DNA of 64,000 nucleotides from Octopus vulgaris. Taxonomy: Eukaryota. Location: contig OX597819.1 of the NCBI GenBank assembly GCA_951406725.2, positions 70,060,001 to 70,124,000 of the forward strand. Reading direction: 5' to 3'. Made by a program: the position numbers and the translations under genes. This document shows positions 54,740 to 64,000 of this stretch, in pieces. The notes below the pieces were generated by a model. That model ran no database searches, was not told where the DNA came from, and saw nothing but the letters and a program-made list of their open reading frames with translations. Each line of letters starts with the position of its first letter. Positions within the stretch are counted from its first letter, which is position 1.

Positions 54740-54798
54740 TCACTGCTTGGAATCGAACTCGGAATCTTGGGGTTAGTAGGCCACGCTCTTAACCACTA
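54573..54798 (-). mobile_element. Third, decayed copy of the tRNA-SINE/hammerhead family
   Basis: Same head (tagtggttaagagc...gagttcgattcc), same (AAT)n linker and ggctggagggtatatcagcc stem. Core mutated to CTAATGA with a deletion after stem II. Confidence 0.7.
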
Positions 54799-55356
54799 AT
54801 CCATATAATACTTGGATAGAATTTATAAATTCCATCCAAGGATTATTGTTATTATTATTATATATATACATATATAAAGAAGCATTGGTTATAGAACAAA
54901 CATTAAAATATTTTTTCAAATATTAAAAACAAATTTTTTTTTTTAATTTCTAAAAAATATTTTAATCATCTGATAAAACTTTTTTAGGCGGAGGATATTC
55001 ATTTTATCTTTATTTTTACTTTTACTTATTTTATATTTGTCTATTAAGTTTTTTGGGTAGTTTTTATATTTTTAGCCATTTATATTTAACAATTTTTGAT
55101 AGGCCGTTCTATTTGTATTTTATTTGACTATATATTTTTACCTTTTGTGATTTTATGTATATGTATTATTTTTTATGTGTTTGGGAACCATGGTGATTTT
55201 TATATATGATTAAATGTTTGAGGGGTGGTATTGTATATAAAGTCATTGACCCAAATTTAATGGTTGGTTCTATAACTAATGCTTCTTTATCTTCGTCTTA
55301 TTTATATTTGAGCACTTCTTTTGCAGTCCTATAAACCCATTTTGTTTCTATGTGTG

Positions 55357-55405
<49 letters not shown>

Positions 55406-55810
55406 TAGCAGTATAGCCCGGCATAGCTCTGGTTTGTTTTTTAGTTGCGCTTAAAACAGCAGACTTTGATGTCACGTTAACAAAGTTTTGACATAGTTTC
55501 AATCTTTTTGAAAAGTAAAAATTTTGCATTATGTAGCTTAACATTTTTCTGGTTGAAATACACCAAAAAATGGCGACATAACAGTCAAAAAATTGTAAAA
55601 AATAGGGATTTTCATAGAAAAAAAAAAGCACCTTTTTGATGTAAATCATTTTTGGTCTTAACATAATTTGGATTTTTTCTTCTACGGAATAAAAAGCAAG
55701 CCTTCTATCATACTCCCAATTTTGGTCAACTTGCACCGTAGGGTCTTGGAGGAGATAGTGTTAGTTGAAGGCTACCAAACCTGCCACACACACACAGACA
55801 ACTTCAGTTT

Positions 55811-55842
<32 letters not shown>

Positions 55843-56047
55843 TGTATATTATTTTATTTGTTTCAGTCATTTAACTGTGGCCATGCTGGAGCACTAACTT
55901 TAGTTAAACAAATCAACCCCAGGACTTGTTCTTTGTAAGCCTAGTACTTATTCTATCAGTCTCTTTTGCTGAACCGCTAAGTTACGGGGATATAAACATA
56001 TCAACATCAGTTGTCAAGCAATGGTGGGGACACAGAGACACACACAC

Positions 56048-56085
<38 letters not shown>

Positions 56086-56233
56086 GACAGGCTTCTTTCA
56101 GTTTCCATCTACCAAATCCAGTCACAAGGCTTTGGTCAGCCCGAAGCTATAATAGAAGACACTTGCCCAAGGTGCTATGCAGTGGGACTGAACCCGGAAC
56201 CATGTGATTGGCAAGCAAGCTACTTACCACACA

Positions 56234-56281
<48 letters not shown>

Positions 56282-56310
56282 TATGTATGTGTGTGTGCAT
56301 GTGTATACTA

Positions 56311-56363
<53 letters not shown>

Positions 56364-56716
56364 GTATATAAGATTAGTAGCATTAGAGGTTGGAATAACC
56401 ATCTAAGGGATAAAAATATTCATTTTACTAAGGGTATAATTACCTATGTTAAGCCTAGACATACATATGCAAGCATATTATGCTCATAGGTTACAGGTAA
56501 TGTCAAAGATAAACAGAAGTTTATCAGGAATCAAATTTAAATTAAACAGAAAATGTTTTTGGAAGCAGAAACAGCTGTTAGATCGGACACATTCTATTTG
56601 TATTGAATTAAAAAATAATAATTGATGTAAATCAGTTGTTGTTGTTCAATATTTCTCCATTTTCTGTTAACTTTAAATATATATATATATACTTATTTTA
56701 TATTTATATTTCATTT

Positions 56717-56878
56717 TAGGCGCGGGCATGGCTGTAGGCGTGGGCATGGCTGTAGGCGCGGGCATGGCTGTAGGCGCGGGCATGGCTGTAGGCGCGGGCA
56801 TGGCTGTAGGCGCGGGCATGGCTGTAGGCGCGGGCATGGCTGTAGGCGCGGGCATGGCTGTAGGCGCGGGCATGGCTG
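56717..56878 (+). repeat. Minisatellite, 9 x 18 bp (taggcgcgggcatggctg), formed from the 5' tip of a SINE
   Basis: Nine almost identical units run directly into the SINE head tgtggtcaggtagcttgcttcc. Confidence 0.95.
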
Positions 56879-59495
56879 TGTGGTCAGGTAGCTTGCTTCC
56901 TAACTACATGGTTTCGGGTTCAGTCCCACTGCGTGACACTTTGGGTAGGTGTCTTCCGCTATAGCCCCGAGTCGACCGAAGCTTTGTGGTTGAATTTGGT
57001 AGGTGGAAGTTACTGCCGTGCGTGTATGTGTGCGTATAGCTGCTCAGTGCCTCTCCGAAAGAGAGAGAGGGATTGTTGTTGTTATGCATGTAGGCATGCA
57101 CATACACATACGTACGTACATACATAGAGGTAGAGGCATGGTTATGTGATTAAGAAGCTAGCTTTCCAGCTATGTGGTTCCTGGTTCAGTGCTACTTTGG
57201 GCAAATGTCTTCTGCTATTGCTCTGGGATAAGCAAAGCCTTGTGAGTGGATTTGGTAGACAGAAACTCTATGGAAGCCAGTTTTATATGCATTTGTGTAA
57301 GTGTGTGTGTGTGTGTGTGTGTACTTTGTGTGTGTGTGTTTGTGCATGTGTATTTTGTGTGCATTTGTGTGTGTGTGTGTGTGTATGTGTGTGTATGTGC
57401 ATTTGTGGGCATTTGTGTGTGTGTGTGTGTGCGTTTGTGTGTATGTACTTTGTGTGTGTGTGCATTCATGTGTGTGTATTTTGTGTGTGTGTATTTTGTG
57501 TGTATGTGTGTGTATTTTGTGTGTGTGTCTATTTTGTGTGTGCATGTGAGTATGTTATTTTGTGTCTGTAGGTATGCATTGTCTGTGTGAGTGCGTATCG
57601 TGTCTGTGAGTGTGTATTGTGCGTATGAGTGTGTACTGTGTCTGTTTGAAAGTGTTTGTGTGAGTGTGTATTGTGTATGTTCATACTCGTCTTGACATCA
57701 CTCGATGATTGCCAGTAAGCATCACCATCATACAATGATGATGTTTGTTTCCAGTCTTCTGTGAAAAACATGTCTGACTATGGAGAAATATTTTTACTTT
57801 GAAAACAGGTGACAGCTAGCAACAGGGAGGTCATTGGAAGTTTTAAAATTTGCCTCAACGCGTTCCATCCGACCCATGCCAGCATGGAAAAGTGGACGTT
57901 AAATGAATGATGTTGATGATACAGTATCCTTCATGGATTATCTCCATGACCTTCACATTGCTATATAATGTCTATCCTTAAAGAATATCAACTCTATAAC
58001 TTACATATGCTATTTCAAATAATCCTTGTGGGAGGCGGGGCCAGTCGATTAGGGTGACCCAAGTATGCAACTGGTACTTAATTTATCGACCCCGAAAGGA
58101 TGAAAGGTAAAGTCGACCTTCACGGAATTTAATAAGCTATTTCAAATAGTGACTATTCTATATTATGTTATATTTGTTTCAGTCACTGGACTACACCCAT
58201 GCTGGAGTACTGCCCTCAAGGGTTAGAGGAACAAATTGACCCTGAAACTTATTGTGTCAGTGGTGTTTATTCCATCAGTTTCTTTTGCCAAACTGCTAAG
58301 TCATGAAATGCTACTTTAAGCAATGCCTATGTTATCTCTAATCTCGGTATTATTAATTATCAGAAAGAAAGTGATAGGAAAAACACCATCACAAAAGGAT
58401 TCCATTAAAGATCAGAGCAAAGAAAGGAAGGAAGGAAGAAAGAAAGGAAAGGTAGAGACAAAGAGAGACAGAGAGAGACAATCAGATCAGAGAAACAGAT
58501 AGATATACAACAGACATGCATATTACATGGATGGACGGACAGATAGATGGACAAACAGACGGACGGATGGACAGACAGAGACAGGAAGGAACAGATAGAC
58601 AGGGAGATAGACAGATATACATAGATAAACAAACACACTACACATATATACACAAACACATACATGTATATATGTTGCTTGACTGGCACTTGTGCCAGTG
58701 GAATGTGAAAACCAACATTCAAGCGAGGTCGTTGCCAGTGCCACTGGACTGGCTCCTGTGCAGGTGGCATGTAAAAATCACCATTTGAGTATGGCCGTTG
58801 CCAGTACCACCTGACTGGCCTTCGTGCCAGTGGCATGTAAAAGCACCCACTACACTCTTGGAGTGGTTGGCATTAGGAAGGGCATCCAGCTGTAGAAGCT
58901 TTGCCAGATCAGACTGGAGCTTGGTGCAGCCTCCTGGCTCGCCAGTCCTCAGTCAAACTATCCAACCCATGCCAGCATGGAAAGCAGACATTAAACGATG
59001 ATGATGATACACATACACACATGCATATACACATGCATATACACATATAAACACACACACACACACGTATTTAAACACTTTCCAAAATAAATTTACATAA
59101 TATATACATATATATATACACAAATATGTGTTTAAATGCTTTCTAACATAAATATAGACAAAAACATATATGCATATACATGCATACACATAAATACACA
59201 CACATGTATATGTTTACAACAATATATACAAATATATATACATACATACATACATACATTAATGTGTGTGTGTGTGTGTGTGAATGTGTTTGTGTGTGTC
59301 ATTGTTCAGTTTTATTTGAAGGTTTCTAGTCAATAGAGAAAGAGCTGGTTTCTAACCTAGAATGAGGCCCTTCATTGGAATTTAAACATCAATAACAGGG
59401 TATTTTTGTTTGTATGCATGTATGCAGATTTGTAATTTTTGTTTTATGTATGTATTCTCATGCATATAGTTGCATATCTAGACATGCCCATATTT

Positions 59496-59993
59496 CAGTT
59501 CTATATTTAAGAGATGAGGAATTATGTACATTATTTACATTTGACAGATATTTGTCCTCACTTTGTTTGTTGTTAACACAACATTTCGGCTGATATACCA
59601 TCCAGCCTTCTTCAGGTGTCTTGGGGAATTTTCGAACCTGGGTTCTCATTCCTAAGGTATTTTTTGATATTATTATTATTATTATCATTATTATTATTCA
59701 GGTCACTGCCTGGAATCAAACTCAGAATCTAAGGGTTAGTAGCCCGCACTCTTAACCACTATGGGTATATGGCATAGTGGTTAAGAGCATGGGCTACTAA
59801 CCCCAAGATTCCGAGTTCGATTCCAGGCAGTGATCTGAATAATAATAATAATAACATCGAAAGATACCTTAGAAATGAGAACCCAAGTTCGAAATTTCCC
59901 CAAAGAAAACTGATGAAGGCTGGAGGGTATATCAGCCGAAACGGTGTGTTAGCAACAAACAAGATGAGGACAAATATCCATCAAATGTAAATA
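59496..59993. mobile_element. Head-to-head dimer of a tRNA-derived SINE carrying a minimal hammerhead motif, flanked by a 12-bp TSD
   Basis: A-box tggcatagtggttaag and B-box gagttcgattcc at about 59770-59825. (AAT)n linker. Hammerhead-like motifs at 59575-59620 (-) and 59905-59950 (+). atgcccatattt repeated at 59484-59495 and 59994-60005. Confidence 0.75.
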
Positions 59994-60245
59994 ATGCCCA
60001 TATTTGTATGTATGTATGTCATTATAGAGTTCTATTTCAAGATTTCTTGCCAATAGAAAAAGAGCCAAATTTTAACCTAGATCCAAGGATCCATCCATCA
60101 TTGGAATTTCAGCATCAACAACAGGGTATTTTTGTATGCATATATGTATGTATGCATGCATATGTTCATATTTGTGTTTTGTTTTACGTAGGTATTCTCA
60201 TGCATACAGTTGCATATCTAGACATACTCATCTTTGTATGTATGT

Positions 60246-60288
<43 letters not shown>

Positions 60289-60619
60289 CACGCACACAAA
60301 TACATACACAGGCATAAATGTTAAAAAATATTAAAATCTTATGCAACACTTACAATATAATTGGAATATTTTTTGTCACCATAGAATGCATAGAATCCTA
60401 TACAGCTTGAAGGCTGACTGTACGTATATAAATGGCTCTAAACTATAGCAGCACTCACCTGCTTCCCCCCACTAAATCCTCATAAGACCGGAAGGTGAGA
60501 TAATCTCAGATAAGCACCTCTGCTTCATCTGATGTTGTGGCTGACCTTGCCAACAGGAGTTTAATTACTTCTTGCTCCTCAGTGCGAAGTGCAACCAATA
60601 AATCGTGTGTACGTGTGTA

Positions 60620-60651
<32 letters not shown>

Positions 60652-61172
60652 GGTGTGTGTATGCATGAGTGTGTGTATGGGTATGTGTGTGTATATATTG
60701 CATATGTGTGTGTATGCATGTATGAGCATGTGTGTGTGTGTGTGTGAGTGTGTGGGTGTATGTATGTATGTATGAATGTATGTGGGTATGTGTGTATGAG
60801 CATGTGTGTATATATGTACATATGTGTGCATGTGTGTGGGTATGTGGGGAGGTATGTATTTGTGTGCAGGTATGCATTTGTCTGTATGTGAGTGTGAGGG
60901 TATATATGTGTATATATATATATATAAGGCGATGAGCTGGCAGAAACGTTAGCATGCTAGGCAAAATGCTTAGCGGTATTTCGTCTGCTGTTACGTTGTG
61001 AGTTCAAATTCCACCGAGGTCGACTTTGCCTTTCATCCTTTCGGGGTCAATAAATTAAGTACCAGTTACACACTGGTAATCGACTTAATACCTATGTCTG
61101 TCCTTGTTTGTCCCCTCTGTGTTTAGCCCATTGTGGGTAATAAAGAAATAGGTATATATGTGTGTGTGTGTG

Positions 61173-61206
<34 letters not shown>

Positions 61207-61329
61207 TATCTAATTTCAGCAAATTAATTAAGATTCAAATGAATTCCAATGAATTCAAATGAATATGGTACTTAACTTAGATGCACCAGAATTCTTTATG
61301 GTATTAACCATAAAATAATGTGGGGCGAT

Positions 61330-61754
61330 TATAACCAAGGAAAAAAGCAACAAGAATGGATTAGTAGTTTAGTACAATTGTTTCGTACTAAGAACATTTT
61401 ATTTAAAGCTGCAAATATTGCTGCAAATATTGCAGCAAATACAATGTCCAGTATTCATCAGCTAAATCACATATGTGTTTTCCAGACATCCTAGAGAATG
61501 TAGCTATCCATTATGAAGTATTAAGAGTTCTATGAATTTGAAACCAGATAATAAGCAGACTTAAATGTTTCTTAATAATGCACAGTTTTTTTTAAAAAGT
61601 TTTTAAAATGATGTCTGGAAAACATATATGTGATTTAGCTGATGAATACTGGACATTGTATTTGCTGCAATATTTGCAGCTTTAAATAAAATGTTCTTAG
61701 TACGAAACAATTATACTAAACTACTAATCCATTCTTGTTGCTTTTTTCATTGGT

Positions 61755-61758
<4 letters not shown>
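61330..61758. repeat. Inverted repeat with ~150-160-bp arms (61330-61490 / 61610-61758), Penelope pLTR-like
   Basis: Arms are near-exact reverse complements and each carries a hammerhead motif. Confidence 0.85.
61368..61466 (-). ncRNA. Type I hammerhead ribozyme motif with long stem II (mirror copy at 61634-61720, +)
   Basis: Minus strand: tttag CTGATGA atactggacatt...aatgttcttagtac GAAA caattg TA ctaaa. 5-bp stem I, palindromic stem III ACAATTGT. The plus copy has GTA changed to ATA. Confidence 0.7.
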
Positions 61759-61785
<27 letters not shown>

Positions 61786-64000
61786 ATATATATATATATG
61801 TGTGTGTGTGTACAAGTATGTATGAGTATGTGTGGGCAGGCATTTATGCGTAGGTATGTATTAATGTGTATATATGTATGTATGTGTATATATGTATGCA
61901 TGTGAATGTATGTGTGAGCACATATAAGTGTGTGCTTTCCTAATCCATTAGATTAAAAAGTATACTTCCCTACACACATTTCACCCTTGTGGAGTATGCA
62001 TGAAAATAAGGCAACAGTCATCACTCACTCTGCCTACCCTCTCCGTCATTTTTCTCTCTCTCTCTCACTCTTTCCATCATCATCATCATCATCAATATCA
62101 TCACCATCATCATCATTTAACATCTGCTTTCCATGCTGGCATGGGATGGATGGTTTGAAAGGATCTGGCAAGCCAGAGGGTTGCACCAGGCTCCAATTAT
62201 GCACTTTGGCATGTTTTCTACAGCTGGATGCCCTTCTCAGCACCAACCACTTTACAGAGTGTACAGGGGGCTTTGTACATGGCACCAGTACAGATGCTTT
62301 TTGCATGGCACTAACAAAGGGCCATTTTTACACAGCATCAGAAGGGATGCTTTGTCCTTGTAAGGTTTTGAACTCTGTACAGGATAACTGATGAAATACT
62401 CTGCTCCTCTGGTCGTTAACCCTTTAATAATCGCTTCCTAAGTTAGCAACAACAATTAAATGTCACGAATAAACACACAATATATGATGCATTCTCGGGG
62501 TTTTCCTTTTACTTGTTTCATTCATAGGTATCTGACCATGCTGGGGCACTGCCTTGAAGAATTGTAGTTAAACAAATCAACTCCAGTATTTCCTCGTTTT
62601 GTTTTTTTCAAAAAAGCCTAGTACTTATTCTGTTAATCTCTTTTGCTGAACTGCTAAATTAAAGGGATGTAAACACACCAACACCAGTTGTCAAGTGATG
62701 GTGGAGAAACAAACACAGACACACGTAGACACACACACACACACACACATAATATAGGATGGGCCTCTTTCAGTTTCTCTCTACCAAATACACTCACAAG
62801 GCTTTGGTCAACTCAAGGCTATAGTAGAAGGCACTTGCCCAAGGTGCCATGCAGTGGGACTGAACTCAGAACCATGTGGTTGGGAAACAAGCTTCTTACC
62901 ACATAGCCAAGCCTGTGCCTTGAACTATTTTTTTTAACTATTGACCCTTTTTTCTTTACCAACACTTTGCCAATGACACCTGACTGTGATACAATGCTCT
63001 CTCAGCCCCATGGTTAAAGCACATACATGTAATATGAGGGGCCAGAGTAATTCAGTTCCTTGTACTAATTAAATAATTAGATGCAAGTGATTACTTACCA
63101 CAGAATCATGTTATTATAAACATACATGATACATACTCTTCTATTTATTTCAGTTATTGGACTGAGGTCAGGCTGGAGCACAGTGTTATAGGCAGAATCT
63201 GACTGATCACTGTCTACTTCTATCACAGATCAATCCATGATAAACCATTAAGCACAATGTGTTATCCAAGATATATGTGTTATCCAATGATAAATGAACC
63301 AGTGTTAAAAGAGGCTTCATGTATTTCAATAGGAGACAGACTTGAACTGTATAGATGCATGTGTTGGACTCTTCAGCCATGACCACCACCACTACCAATC
63401 CCTTTCTCCCCAAGACTAATACAGAAATTTTCCACCACCCACTTTCAGAATGGTTATTGGTATAACTTGATAGTTTAGTTTAAACACATGACAAGTCTAG
63501 GTTTGGAAAGCCAAGCTTTGTTAAATGTCACCAAATGTAAAGAGGCTTAGCCTGAATTTGTTATGTATTGTGTGTGAAGGTACAATGACTCTGAGCTAAA
63601 GGTGCCGGGTAACTGAGTGCACAGGTGCAGGCATGGTCGTGTGGTTAAAGAAGTTTTCTTCCCAACCACATGGTTTCAAGATCAATCTTACTCACGAGCA
63701 CCTTGGGAGGGTATCTTTGTACTAGCCCCACCAGGATGACTAAAGCTTTGTGAGTGGATTTGACAGACAGAAACTGAAAGAAGCTTGTTGTTTGTGTATG
63801 TGTGTGGGAGTTTCTTAGTTATGATATCGAGTGGTAGTTGTAATTGAGTACCATTGTCATACAAGCAGTGTCATTCATTTTCAATCTTCTGTGAAAATAT
63901 GTCCGGCTCTGGGGAAACATAACCTTGCTTGGAAACAGGTGAGGGTTAGCAACAGGAAGAATACCTGGCCATAGAGAATTTGCTTCAGTAAACACCATCC

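Noticed and set aside
56673-56964. MPAPTA/MAVGAG repeat ORFs or a CRISPR-like array
   Set aside because: An 18-bp tandem repeat with no spacers, derived from a SINE 5' end, in eukaryotic DNA.
60459-60600. In-frame TGA in [10 protein letters not shown]...EVLI*DYLTF as possible selenocysteine
   Set aside because: No start codon, acceptor, SECIS or selenoprotein motif; at most a non-coding exon.

Overview
AT-rich eukaryotic genomic DNA dominated by microsatellites ((TA)n, (CA)n, (TACA)n, (AGAT)n, (AAAG)n), tRNA-derived SINEs, RTE-type LINE fragments, decayed mariner/Tc1 elements, MITEs and Helitron-like elements. The repeat families look like those of an octopus (coleoid cephalopod); this is my recognition, not a database result. 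Nearly all ORFs in the track are microsatellite artefacts. One real multi-exon gene lies on the minus strand: eight phase-compatible GT-AG coding exons from 35126 down to a TGA at 18856-18858, plus a candidate ATG-only first exon at 49507-49509. It encodes a low-complexity, probably disordered protein (about 1185 aa with the large exon, about 546 aa without) with repeated P-x-W-basic-helix motifs. The most interesting hidden signal is a set of type I hammerhead ribozyme motifs of the Penelope-like kind (CUGANGA, stem II, GAAA, short palindromic stem III, UH, stem I) at about 505, 15511, 17272, 43221, 59575/59905 and 61368/61634, with decayed variants elsewhere. Most sit in palindromic insertions, one family is fused to a tRNA-derived SINE head, and several are on the gene's sense strand, in a putative intron and in the putative 3' UTR.
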